Notes: generated by a model from the letters alone, not told the origin. DNA of 63,170 nt, filler included, from Craspedostauros australis (GCA_030167865.1; 13 parts of 13 records of this genome joined end to end with filler, not necessarily neighbours in it), one strand, 5' to 3'. Shown: positions 11,030 through 23,561, counted from the first letter of the whole stretch. Made by a program: numbers and translations.

Positions 11030-12730
11030 CCAACCAGCAACGAAAGGCAAGCGCATGCAACACCGCAAGGCTGGCGACGACAAAGCCTTCCGCCCCAACG
11101 GATGCAAGAAAGTCAAGAGCGGGAAATCTAACTCTGGAAGATTCCAACCCAAGCACAACATGAACAAGACAGATGCGTTTCAAATCATGCGCGAGGTCTT
11201 GCAGGAGCTCGGAGTGAAACAACTTGCGACTGTGCTGGCCGACTTTCCTCGTTGCGGATTTGTATTGGGGCGCAAATCCGACAAGCAAGTGTGGAGCAAA
11301 GCGAAGAAGATCTTCGCGGTGGCCTCCAATGTGCTGTGGAAAGCGCTGATTCCGGCAATGAACTTGCCAGTTCCTCAGATGGAACAGGTGGTGGCATTCG
11401 TACGCGCGGGGGTAGACTTGCCGCCTATCAAGCTGGCTCCCAACCTCTACACGATTTGCCTCGTCGGCGAGAAGAACATTGCACGCACAGCAAGGTGCAT
11501 TCTCTCCATGTCTGCCTCGCCACGCCAATGTACTAACCTCCTCTCGCGACACAAGAGCGAACTTCCTGACAATCAGCGTCTTCGCCTCTTGCCAGAGCAA
11601 TACACCATCACTCAGGGCCAGCTCCTCACTCTGCGCAACTACTATGAGCTCTTGCGCGAGGGCAATGTGCTTGGTGCTGCTGTTCACGACTATCGCGTCA
11701 GTGCATACAGCTTGGCCGGTGTGGTCTCCTTCATCAGCAACACAACCACATACAAGGCAGGCCTTTGTCACAACATCAAGTGGGGAGGGGTGATATTTGA
11801 AAACGTGCCAGTATTCGAACGTGGCGGAACGAGCGTAGACGAGCTGTTCCACATGTACAAGACTACGACGAACAATCCAGTTGGCGAGCCAGCATTCCGA
11901 GCAATGACAGGCCTGCTCACACGCAGAGGCAAAGTTATTACTGGTCTCTCCTCTTTTGAAAACTACTTCTGGATGGCAACAAAGACGCTGAAGGAGATGC
12001 TCGTGCACTTGAATACCCTACTTGAGGATTCGTTCAACGGTGATGACGGACACGACGACCTAACTGTGGAGTATATTCAAACCTGTGAGACATTGTTGCG
12101 CGATCTGGACCTTATGATCACATTCCTCAAGTGGGAGTATACCGCGTCGCACATGCGGATCAAGTGCGAAGAAGACCCGATGCACTGCGCTCATTTCGCC
12201 CTTCGCAAGGATTCAACAATGAAGCAGGCTAAGTCTACACTTGGCACCGAAAACACAACAGCGCCTGCCAGCACCAACACGACATGCACTGGCATTGATC
12301 CTCCTACAGCAACCACAGAGTGTGATGCCAACGCCCTTCCTCTCATTGCTTACGATCAACAAGGCAAAGTATGCAACAGATGTGGACAAGTGATGCGATT
12401 CATGGATGATCGCATCGCACCATTCATCGAGACGCTCAAGGGCAATCATCTAAGCAACCACGCAGATGAACTACACACGATGCTGGAAGCGGTACCGGGC
12501 TTCAACAACGAGATCACTGCGTACATGGCACACCGAGTTCGAGCAAAGGTTCAATTCGATCAGATGAACAAGTACAAGGCCAAGATCAACAACAACGATA
12601 AGTGCGCCTATGTCGTCATCGACCATAAGCAGAAGATTCTGCCAACAGCACAAGGAGAATCGCAGACAGAGTACTGGGGCAAGAAGGGCATGTCGCTGCT
12701 TGGTGTCATGATTGTCACTTGCAAAAATGA
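10905..12730 (+). mobile_element. Sola3-like DDD DNA transposase, N-terminal part (copy 1, 3' truncated by contig edge)
   Basis: CAYVVIDHKQKILPTAQGESQTEYWGKKGMSLLG matches the D(W/Y)xMKxLP...E.Q..(W/F)FGKxG.S motif family. It is preceded by HCAHFAL...CNRC (Zn-binding-like). Clearly homologous to 14339-17344. Confidence 0.72.
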
Positions 12731-12830
12731 NNNNNNNNNNNNNNNNNNNNNNNNNNNNNNNNNNNNNNNNNNNNTTAATTAATTAANNNNNNNNNNNNNN
12801 NNNNNNNNNNNNNNNNNNNNNNNNNNNNNN

Positions 12831-14193
12831 CTTCAGCTGGTTCGTGACCGTTCTGAACTGCCACGACCGCAGGTTGAGCAGCCTCCTTCACTCCTTTCCC
12901 AACCTTCGTCCACCATTTGGTGTCGCTGCTATGCAGGATGTGGTGGCATCTGTTGGGAATCACCAGAACCCCATCTTTTGTGGATGCCTTCAACAGTGCC
13001 AGACGACCTGGGATGCCGCACTTCTCCATCCATGCAGACTTTGCTGTTGTGCCCACTCCGCAGACTGTCAGATGACATCCTGTGCAATATGATGTGACTT
13101 TCTGCTTGCACACCACACAGCTTCTCCTCTTGTTTGGAACCGTCACAAGGGTATGGTCCCCTGTGTACAAGCTTTCGACAAAGGATGCCTCTGATGCAGT
13201 CCTCTCAGCTGGGGGCTTACCAAGGATGGCAAGCAATGGCTGCCGAGTCTCTGGTGCTCCATTCGATTTGAACTCACCGACATGGCATGATTCGATGCCA
13301 TTGGGGAGATTCAGCTTTTCCTTAATGTGTCTGAGCCTCATCTTGTCATTCGGTTCGTGTGCCAGTCGGGTTTGAGCATACGCCACAGCCAAGTGGTGGG
13401 ATAGGCGTTTGGTAATGGCAGCAAGGGAGTCACGGTAGCTCCACTCCTTGTTCATCTTGTTCCGAAGATGGATCAACGATGGTGATCGATCGAGATCTGC
13501 ATTTGTCTCGATTGCCCTGTTGTCCGTGATCTGGATTNNNNNNNNNNNNNNNNNNNNNNNNNNNNNNNNNNNNNNNNNNNNNAGTACGCATTGGAAGGAG
13601 ACTTTTGGGGGCTTCACCTTGTGCTGTTCCATCAATCTTGACATGATATCGGAACCACCCTTCATGATGTTCCATCTTGCTGCCAGCTTTGGAAGGAAGG
13701 TCTTGACACGAGGGACCGGGAAGGTGAGATTTTCACATCCTTTCCACATCATGAGCTGATGGAAGAGGTCATCCTCTGACATGTTCGGGAGGTAGGAGCC
13801 TTTGCCCTCGAAGTTGCCACTGCCCGGATTGGATGACATGAACTGCCTCATGAGATCTTCAGATGGAGTTCGTCCCGGTGAATCTTCTTCGTATGCAAAC
13901 TCGATCACAAGCTTGTACAGATCGTCAAGCACCAAGGCATAGGCGTCCATCAATGCAGGCGTGAATCTGGTCGCAACAGATCTGAGGATCTCGGCCCCAC
14001 TGTCACCTGCTTGCCATGCAGTTCCAGTCAATTAACACAAGTATCAGAGTGAGCAATGAGTTAGTATGGTATCAATAGCATGCGAACATCGTGCATTGGC
14101 AGAAGCAGCATGGACCGGATCTCATCACACATAGTCAATGCCAATGCCATCGAACTTACCAATCACCATGAGTGCTCCGCTGACACCGTAGAC
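12831..14193 (-). mobile_element. piggyBac-like transposase C-terminal fragment with one intron (14007-14159)
   Basis: WNIMKGGSDIMSR resembles piggyBac YNxxKGGVD. C-terminal RRSCVVCKQKVTSYCTGCHLTVC...CHHILH resembles the piggyBac Cys-rich domain. A GTAAGT donor, ACTAAC branch and CAG acceptor join VYGVSGALMVIG to DSGAEIL in frame. Confidence 0.6.
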
Positions 14194-14338
14194 NNNNNNN
14201 NNNNNNNNNNNNNNNNNNNNNNNNNNNNNNNNNNNNNTTAATTAATTAANNNNNNNNNNNNNNNNNNNNNNNNNNNNNNNNNNNNNNNNNNNNCCCACAA
14301 AACTCCACAACTCGTGTTATCGCGGCGAAGCACACCCC

Positions 14339-17300
14339 TCACAAAATTTCCGTCTCATCACCCAACACAGCCTCACTTTCTGCATGGACCTTCATTGTGT
14401 GAGCATCACACCACCTCTGATTCTCCCATTCCTCTTCCTCTCTCTGCAACTCTTCTTCTCTTCGTTCCTCCTCTGTTGCAGCTGGCGCATTGTGGGTCGC
14501 CACGATTGCAGGTGCAGGTGCTGTTGCTGTTGCTTTGCTTGTTGTGTTGGTGTCTGTCTTGATGAGGGCAGCCTCCTTCTTTTGTTTGCGTTGCTTGGCG
14601 TTGTACGCTGCAGACAGTGAAGCTTTCACACGCATGGGATTTGCGTGCAGTTGTACGTACCAGTCAGTTTTTGCTTTTTCGTCCGCCATCAATTGTTCGT
14701 GTGCTTCATGTTCGGACGGTCTGTCCTTCGGGTCCTTCGCGGACGCTTCGCAGATGCCCTTCAATTTGTCCGTGATGTAGTCTGGCAGATCCGCTGGTTT
14801 GCGCGTAGTTTTGCTGGCCCAGCCTTGGACTGCGAGTGGCGGGTGTTCGGTTTCTGCGGTCTGGTCGCGCAACTTCGCGGTGTGATCGGATGACAGGTGT
14901 TGTTGTCCGTCTTGGATGGCCTTGTCGAACACCAGCGCCTTGCTCTCTGCCGCGGTGCGCCCCATTTTGCGCGTCTTGTCCGTCTTCCTGAACGATTCGG
15001 ACGTTATCGGCAGCTTGTCGGACTTGTGTGTGTGAACATCGGCAACGCCCAGCTGGTTGATGATCCAGCCTTCCCATTCAGTGCTCTTCACAACAACGTC
15101 TTCCATGATACCAGATGCAGCCACCAACCGTGCCTGGTCATCATCATACTTCACCTCGTGAGTTTGACGTACCTGTTGCCCGTTCGCACGGAATCGTCGT
15201 TTTGGTGCACCAGGCAGCATGGTGATGTTGCCTTGGAGGGTCTCTGCGTTGACCAGTACCGTGGTGGAACCTGCGATGTTACCTGCTTGGAGCGCGAGGA
15301 AGACTTGGAACGGGGTCTTGATGTCACGTCCACTTTGCACGTATTTTCGCAGTACACGGGTGATGTACGCGAAGTGGGTGTCCAGCATGCTCTTACCGGT
15401 TTGGGCCTCCGTGTAGATCCAAGCGATGATTTTGGCCGCGTTTCGTGTCACAAGGTTCTTGTTGAGTACCGATGTGATGAGCGCGATGTGCTTGTGACTG
15501 GCGAAGCAACACGCGTTATTGCTCTGTAGGATGATTTCAGTCACGGATGGGAGAATGTCTTTGACCTTTTTTTGCACGATGTCAAGCAGTCCACCAACTT
15601 GAAGAGTGTCTTGCGTCGGTCTTCCATCGACCACAATGTCGATGAACCGATAAGTAAAAATGGCATTGCGACACGTGATGACCATCGCCCCAATCAGTGA
15701 CATTCCCTTCTTCCCCCAATATTCTTGTTGGGCTTCGCCTTGGCCTGTTGGTAGAATTTTTTGCTTATGGTCGAGTACCACATAGGCTCTTTCAGGCTTN
15801 NNNNNNNNNNNNNNNNNNNNNNNNNNNNNNNNNNNNNNNNNNNNNNNNNNNNNNNNNNNNNNNNNNNNNNNNNNNNNNNNNNNNNNNNNNNNNNNNNNNN
15901 NNNNNNNNAGCATTGATTGCAATTCGTCCTTGTGTTCTGCGAGTTCGTTGTCCTTAAGCATTTCGACGAATGGGACAAAACGATCATTCACAAATCGCAT
16001 TGCTGTGCCACAACGGTTGCATACTTTACGTGGTTGTTCGGTTGTGGTGGTGGGAGGAATGTCAATTGTGATNNNNNNNNNNNNNNNNNNNNNNNNNNNN
16101 NNNNNNNNNNNNNNNNNNNNNNTTCGGTTGTGGTGGTGGGAGGAATGTCAATTGTGATGGTTGGCGTGTCGCTTTTGAGAGTGTTCTTCTTGCGTTTGTG
16201 CTTGTTTGTGCGTGGTTTGCGTTGGTTGGTTGGTGTGGATGTTGCCTTCTTCTTCTCCTTTTTGGTGGTGAGAGCGAACGCGGCCGAGTGCATTGGATCG
16301 TCACACTGAAGCTGCATGTGGGAGGCGGTGAACTCCCATTTGAGGAACACAACAAGCAGTTCGAGTGCATGCAAGAGAGAATTGGCTGTGCGCACATGTG
16401 GAGAGATGACGTCATCTGGCTTGTCGTTGTCGCTGTCGCTGTTGCTCTCGTCATTGGCATTGTTTTGTTCCTCCTCGTCTGCTTCATACTTAGCCTTCAG
16501 CAGGTCTACTAGGCGCGAAATTGCCTGTTTGAGTTTCTCCGTGGCCATCCAGAAGTAACTCTCGAAGGAAGAAAGGCCCGTCTTGATCTTGCTTTTGCGT
16601 GTGAGTAGGTTAGNNNNNNNNNNNNNNNNNGGCCTTCCCACTGGCTTGTTGGTAGTGGACAAGTACATGCCGAATAAGTCTCGGATGGTGGTGCTTCCAC
16701 GATCGAACACCGGAACATTTTCAAATTTGACGCCGCCATACTGTACTGTGTGACTCAGCCCTGCCTTATATGTTGTTGTTGTCATGAGGAAGGACACCAC
16801 GCCAGACAGATCGCAAGCACGCACATGGTATTGGAGAACTCGTGGTGGGATGAGTCTGCCACAGCTGAACATGTCAAAGGCATGGCGCAAGGTTGTTAGT
16901 TGACTCCGGGTCATTGTAGCGCGTCCGGGATCGACACGAATACGTTGTTCCTCCGGCAAACTCTCCATGTGGCGAGACAGGATTGCAGAGCTATTTGTGA
17001 ATGACGTAGATGTAGCAAGCACAGCTCTAGCAGCGTTGGCCAGTGTCTTTTCTCCCCTCACACATAGGGTGTATAGATTCGGACCCAGGCTAGGCGGTGG
17101 CAGGTCCACGCGAGCACGAACAAACTCCACCACCTGTTGCATCTGGCGAGTTGGCAGAGCCTCCTGAGGGAGCAAGACACCCCAGAGCGCGGAAGCCACG
17201 TTGACCCACACACGTGTTACATTCCACCATGTGTGCCTGTCGCAATTGCAGCCAAGCACGAATCCCTTGGGAGGCATGGAAGTAAACGTGTTGACATCGA

Positions 17301-17344
17301 AGTGATCCGTGAGCTCCTCCATCACACGAATCACAGCAGGCCGC
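14339..17344 (-). mobile_element. Sola3-like DDD DNA transposase (copy 2, near complete; frame break at assembly gap 16073-16122)
   Basis: VLDHKQKILPTGQGEAQQEYWGKKGMS, ILQSNNACCF (SDNA.CY-like), YTEAQTGKSMLDTHF and C-terminal QGWASK (GWALK-like). The N-terminal half aligns by eye with copy 1 (TTTYKAGL, FENVPVF, TGLSSFExYFWMAT). Confidence 0.78.
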
Positions 17345-17444
17345 NNNNNNNNNNNNNNNNNNNNNNNNNNNNNNNNNNNNNNNNNNNNTTAATTAATTAA
17401 NNNNNNNNNNNNNNNNNNNNNNNNNNNNNNNNNNNNNNNNNNNN

Positions 17445-18632
17445 ATCCTCGGTGATGGGTAGGATAGGATCCTGTTTGAGTGCTGCCTGTGTCCGTTCCA
17501 GGTTCACTGCGATGGGGTCGCTCTGGTTCTGGATACTTTGTGTCTGCTTCGCTCGTGCGAGGATGACAGGAATGCAGTTCTTCCTCAAACTGAAGAAGTG
17601 GCAGGTTGATGATCTCAGATTTGTGGATCTGTCCATGCTGGGTTTCTCTGCCCATGCGCCATCGTCAGCTGGGTAGAAATACTGTCCATCAGCGATCGCG
17701 ATGCTGGGGGCCTCGGTATCCTTGAGGTCTTCATNNNNNNNNNNNNNNNNNNNNNNNNNNNATACGGATTGGCTGTCTGCATAGGTCATGGTGTCAGCGT
17801 GGACCTTCCTGTTGCCCTTAGTACAGAAGATACCGACCCTGTCACCATTGTAGCCTGTGGCAATTCCATGGAAGGTTCCCTTCTTCCTTGCAAGGTACAG
17901 CACCTGAGAGCTGAGAACGTGTTCCGGTGTGACGGAAATCCGAGGCGTCAAGCTTTCTGATGTCAATGAAAAATTAATGTCTGGCAGTGGGCTGGGTTCT
18001 GTTGCAGGATCCGTCGGAGATGCGTCGACGGGTTGGTGACGAACATTGTCCCCTGATCCGNNNNNNNNNNNNNNNNNNNNNNNNNNNNNNNNNNNNNNNN
18101 NNNNNNNNNNGGAAAGCGGGAATACGGATTGGCTGTCTGCATAGGTCATGGTGTCAGCGTGGACCTTCCTGTTGCCCTTAGTACAGAAGATACCAACCCT
18201 GTCACCATCGTAGCCTGTGGCAATTCCATAGAAGGTTCCCTTCTTCCTTGCAGGGTACAGCACCTGAGAGCTGAGAACGTGTTCCGGTGTGACAGAAATC
18301 CGAGGCGTCAAGCTTTCTGATGTCAATGAAAAATTGATGTCTGGCAGTGGGCTGGGTTCTGTTGCAGGATCCGTCGGAGATGCGTCGACGGGTTGGTGAC
18401 GAACATTGTCCCCTGATCCGTTACTGGGATTGNGATCGGTAGTGGTGACAAGGATGTCGGGCGTCTCGCATGCGACATCGAAATGTGGTGGCGCCTGCCG
18501 GTTGGATTCGGCCAACATGATTGCGATTGGTGTGACAGGTCTGGGTGGCCTTCTCCGGGACCTCTCTAGAGGGGTCGGCTCCTGTCGAGTTGTCGTGAGC
18601 TGGAGGGTAGTTGACGATGGGCTGATGTCCAT
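17445..18632 (-). CDS. Low-complexity ORF with RNase H1 N-terminal/caulimovirus viroplasmin-like motif, probably retroelement-derived
   Basis: KKGTFYGIATGYDGDRVGIF resembles KFYAV..G...GIY of the RNase H1 hybrid-binding domain. The internal duplication spans a 50-N gap. Confidence 0.4.
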
Positions 18633-18859
18633 GCGTGCTTGTTGGTGCTGGATGACATTGATGTTTCTTGTATCAGTGCGTCTCTTGCTGTGGTATGATT
18701 GCGCCTCTGGTCGATCGGTTGGCAGGTCAGGGTCGTCTTCTGCTCTGGTGACCTTGGCGNNNNNNNNNNNNNNNNNNNNNNNNNNNNNNNNNNNNNNNNN
18801 NNNTTAATTAATTAANNNNNNNNNNNNNNNNNNNNNNNNNNNNNNNNNNNNNNNNNNNN

Positions 18860-20654
18860 AAAAACCGATTGCAATCCGGATGCGGTATGGATACGGATCC
18901 ATACCGCATCCTTACGATCCTTGCAGCCCATCCACATGGTCCTTGTGCATTCCCACACTCCCTGGCGACACGCTGAAGCATCCAGAATGGGCTGGGAATG
19001 TGTGCACCCAAAGATACAGCTCCATTTGGTGATGCCATTGGTTTTTGGGGGGCACCCACCAACAACNNNNNNNNNNNNNNNNNNNNNNNNNNNNNNNNNN
19101 NNNNNNNNNNNNNNNNNNNNNNNNNNNNNNNNNNNNNNNNNNNNNNNNNNNNNNNACGCATCTTGTATGGGTGGCTTGGCAATTGTGTGAGTTGGCGATG
19201 GTGCCCTGCACAGCCAAAGCCACATGATGGAAACCCCCACGACACACCGCGAAAATTGTTTGCCCACCACCTTTTCCTCCGCGCGGACGGCTTCCCAGTC
19301 CTCCCCGAGCCTGAAACTTCGTGGACATCTTGGTTGTGGCCTCCCGGAGCCATCCTGTCCATCCATAGGCGTTGGCGTGGGCTGTGGATGGAGTACACCG
19401 GCCATATGCNNNNNNNNNNNNNNNNNNNNNNNNNNNNNNNNNNNNNNNNNNNNNNNNNNTGGGCTGTGGATGGAGTACACCGGCCATATGCAACGAGGCA
19501 ATCTGGCGCGAAATTGTGACGTTTGATCTGGGGACTGCGACGGACCCAAATCAAGCGCACTCGCGGCCCCCTCTCGTCCACCCACCATCGGTTGCATTGC
19601 GGTGACGGTGATGCGCTTGGATTTGTCATTGGACTGCTGGTTGGTGCGGCGCATTGATTGCCGTTGGACGGCCATTGTGGCGTTTTTTGGTGTTTTGCCA
19701 TTGTCATGTTGTTGGTTTTTGGAGTTTGGCACTCTCAACCAGTCGGACATACTGGGGGATAAGGTAATTGCAAACACCTAACCAAATGCACGAAAGAAGC
19801 ATGACACAAACCACTTCCGGAGTACCAATGCAACTTGACCATTCTGTCACGACGAAACGTCGCTGATGCTGTTTCACATCGTGCTGTGATTGGTGGCTCA
19901 TGACGCAGCAGCCAGTCTGGTGACGTAGATGACGGATCAGACAGGCACAGGGTAGAATGAATGCAAACGCGCACTCGCCGCTTCTCCCAAAACTCTACAA
20001 CTAGCGCTATCGTGGACGGGGTGTTGGATGGTCTGATCGGAACACCTCAAAAAGAGACTAAACAATTCAAAATGNNNNNNNNNNNNNNNNNNNNNNNNNN
20101 NNNNNNNNNNNNNNNNNNNTCGATGTAGTCGTAGGCGAAAGGCTGAAACCCGAGAGAGATCGAAAATTGCCCATATCCATCGGTCCGTAAAACTTAAAAT
20201 AGGATCTAACTCAAAAATGTAATGGTTAATTATTTGTATTAGACCTACAGGGATTNNNNNNNNNNNNNNNNNNNNNNNNNNNNNNNNNNNNNNNNNNNNN
20301 NNNNNAACTCTACAACTAGCGCTATCGTGGACGGGGTGTTGGATGGTCTGATCGGAACACCTCAAAAAGAGACTAAACAATTCAAAATGAGAACAACCTT
20401 GCTGAAACGAAGAACAGCAAAGGGTTAAGTTGGGTCGATGTAGTCGTAGGCGAAAGGCTGAAACCCGAGAGAGATCGAAAATTGCCCATATCCATCGGTC
20501 CGTAAAACTTAAAATAGGATCTAACTNAAAAATNNANNGGTTAATTATTTGTATTAGACCTACAGGGATTACGAATATGTGCTTGGTTGGGATATCCAAG
20601 CTAAAATTTCTGGAGGCCAATAACGGAGTGCAGGTCGACTCACTGATCGGGCTC
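18860..20654. mobile_element. Dispersed repeat, copy 1 (probable DNA transposon end)
   Basis: Near-identical to 31053-32299 over more than 1.2 kb. Identity stops abruptly after ...ACTGATCGGGCTC, which is followed here by ATAA. Confidence 0.8.
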
Positions 20655-21392
20655 ATAAGTGGATCGGTGAGTCCACTTACGAGAACACCGCACAAAATTT
20701 TCCTTACGGATATTGAATTCGTTCAAAAAAAAGTACAAATCTATTTTGTTTAAGACCCCGGTCAGTGAAAATGATACACCTTTCTCGGGAACGTCGTTTC
20801 TATTCTAAAACTAACTGCACAGACCTATTCTCCTACATCGGATACATTATGTGGCAAGAACTAGAATTGTTCCGTCCAATCATTTTAAAGTTATGGAGGG
20901 CTAAAACTCATGGGAAAGCTACCTATTAGGTGAATAACGCACAGACGCCGCGGTGCTCATTGACGCTTCAATTGAGTCGCAGTGGTCATTCGTCCCAAAA
21001 CGTTCTTTTTTCTTCCGTCGTTTGGGACTTGTTCGCGATTCTTGAATTTCCGGAGCGTGACTCTACGTTGCGCTCACACAGAATCGTTGGGGTGAACACA
21101 AAACTCTTGTTGTGTGGAGAGTGATGTGATGTATTGTGATGTAATGTGATGCGGGGCGATGTGCCATGGGCCGTCAACCAGGATGGTAGGCACGGTCCTT
21201 GTTCCTCTTCCTCCTGTCTGTTATGTCAGAGTGGTAGCAAGGGGGATGCACGGGCTGCAATGCACGAGACGCATACGATGCAAGTTGCGCAGTGCTGAAT
21301 TGGACGATGTGAATTGCTGGTCCCAAGATGGAAATGGACAGCACCCTCGCCACAGTCCTGTACGCAGTGGCAACCCCAACCCACACATCTCT

Positions 21393-21690
21393 TACCCTAA
21401 CCCAGGTCTTGGCCCTCTAGCCCCCTAACGCCAGCCCTAACCCTAACATTGAGTAACTTCATGGCTCTGTCTGAGTAATGTCAGCCACACGCAGTTGCCT
21501 CCCTCGTCTCTCCCAAGTTGCCGAAACCCCAGCCGGAACCCCAACCCTAACCCTAACCTCAACCCTAACTCTACCCCTGAGCAACTGCTTCCCTCCTACC
21601 TAATTCAAGCTGGAACCCAGCCCTAACTCTAACCCTGAGCAACCTCATGACTCTGTCTGAACAACGCCATCTGCACACAGTTACCTCCTC
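21393..21690 (+). repeat. Degenerate telomere-like (CCCTAA)n patches within an imperfect ~185-bp duplication
   Basis: CCCTAACCCTAAC at about 21435 and 21545, with variants CCTCAA, CTCTAA and CCCTGA. 21432-21505 resembles 21617-21690. Confidence 0.7.
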
Positions 21691-22412
21691 CATCACTCTG
21701 GTGTTGCCCTTGTCGCAAACTCTTGCTTTTCTCCCACTTTTTTGCTTCCCGCACTGTTTCGATCCATTTCAACGGTCGCCGTTCCGGCGTTTTTGATTCG
21801 ATTTCACGATTTTTTCAGTTTGTTTCGTCGGAGGTATCCTCCGGAACGTCCTTTGAACTCTTTGGCGCCAATGAAAAGTAATCAATATTGTCGACTGTGA
21901 CCCTGGTATCCGGACAGACGTCATATCTGCTGAGTAAAACCTGGCGCCTTGGCGTGAAGGCTTCGTTGAGAATCTCAACGCATGAGCTAGTGAAAGAGAC
22001 AGACTTGGACAAACAAAGACAAGAAACAAGTCAACACAAGAGACGAAGGGGGCCCTGTGTTGACTGGTGGGAAACATCGCGTCGCGTGGCTTCGCATCAT
22101 TGCCGTTGCCATTTCCATTTCCATCGGCATCCCTTGGCAACCGCACGTACCATACTCGCTCGCCATCATCTTTTTTCAATCAAGAGCATCATGCACAAGC
22201 ACGTTCATCTTCTGAAGTGCTTCATCCCACGCCCAACTGGCATCTCTCATCGATTCGATCAATTGACCGATCGCCGCTCGTGTTCAGTTGGTGGGTTGTA
22301 CCGTTACGGTCACTCATTCCTGCGTGTGCGACCGTGACAATTCCAACGCATCACAACGCATCACACCACAACACACCATCACCCACCACAACGCACCACA
22401 ACGCAAAGAGAA

Positions 22413-23561
22413 ATGAACATGGCAGACGATCCCTCCATCTTGTTGGAGGATGAGGATAACAAATCCTCCATGAGCTTCGACTCCAAGGCCAACGAGATGT
22501 GCCTCAACACGCTCNGCGGTCCCACCAAGCCCAAGACCAGATCCTGCAAGCTTCTCAATGTCCCCAAGACAAGACCAGATCCTGCTGCGAAATGAGGGAC
22601 ATCCTCCTGGCCGCAGCGGATTTTGGTCCTTCGTCTCTCACAAGGGCGGGATGCTCCGGGACGATCCGTGAGTGGGTCAGAGGCACGGATCTGGCATCGG
22701 CTCTCGTGGTCTTCGAAGGTGAAAAATCCGACATCGCGGTCTCCGCCTACTTTGACGATCAGAGGGTGCGCGGCAGGGGCATTTACGAAATCCGCACGAG
22801 AGGCATCACCCACCAGACCACCGAATTCTGGATATGGAAGGTCAAGTACGAGCACATGCTGCCGCCCAGACATCAAACCCGAATCGAGATGGGAGATCCG
22901 CCGGATTTCAAACCCTTGCTTGCACCAGAAGATTCGGATACCGATTTCGTTGGCACGTTCTCAGGGTCACATTGCGATCCGACTGGTCACCTGAGGGGGC
23001 CAAGACATTCATGGCCAGATCCATATCTACGTCAACGCCACAAATTTGTCAATCGGATCGGCATCGGATACATCACCCCTCTTCGAACCTTCTGACAACC
23101 TCCCCTACAAAAACTACCAATCCGAAGAACAGCCTCATCTCTTGCTCATTGATACTGTCAGATCGAAGCTCGAGGTCATTGATTGGAAAGGGCCAACAGC
23201 TGTGCTTGGGTGGAGTCAAGAAGGGCCCCAATCACCTGCGCTATCGTCCAATCTGCGGATCCCTACAAGGGCGATCAATTCTGGGCCACACTGCCAGCTA
23301 CACAGGCCCACCATGCTGTGGCTCGGCGATGCGTCCGTGTTTGATGACAACGACATGGAGATCATGAAGCATGTCGATCCAGAGGTCTACCTTGGCAGCA
23401 AGCTGCAATTGCTACCGAGTCATTTTGATTCCAAAGGTTTGGACGTCATGCAATGCATCGCAGAAAGCAAGGACAGCACCGATGCTCTGCACTTCATGAT
23501 GTCAAAGAGGCGTCCCACGAACAAGCGGACCCACCTTGCTCTACGCCTACGGTGCCTTTGA
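22413..23561 (+). pseudogene. Frameshifted hypothetical coding region (three overlapping ORFs)
   Basis: ORFs 22413-22595, 22499-23095 and 23046-23561 overlap end to start on the same strand with protein-like composition. No recognisable domain. Confidence 0.35.

Noticed and set aside
9813..17344. Composite element of two convergent Sola3-like genes flanking a piggyBac-like gene
   Set aside because: The three genes are on separate contigs divided by artificial TTAATTAATTAA spacers, so the arrangement is unsupported.
10905..17344. Fanzor/TnpB-type RNA-guided nuclease associated with the transposons
   Set aside because: No RuvC motif set with a terminal zinc finger was recognisable in any ORF of the window.
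18808..19777. Multiple long overlapping ORFs in the dispersed repeat as real genes
   Set aside because: There is no recognisable domain, the frames differ between the two copies by an indel, and lengths are inflated by N runs.
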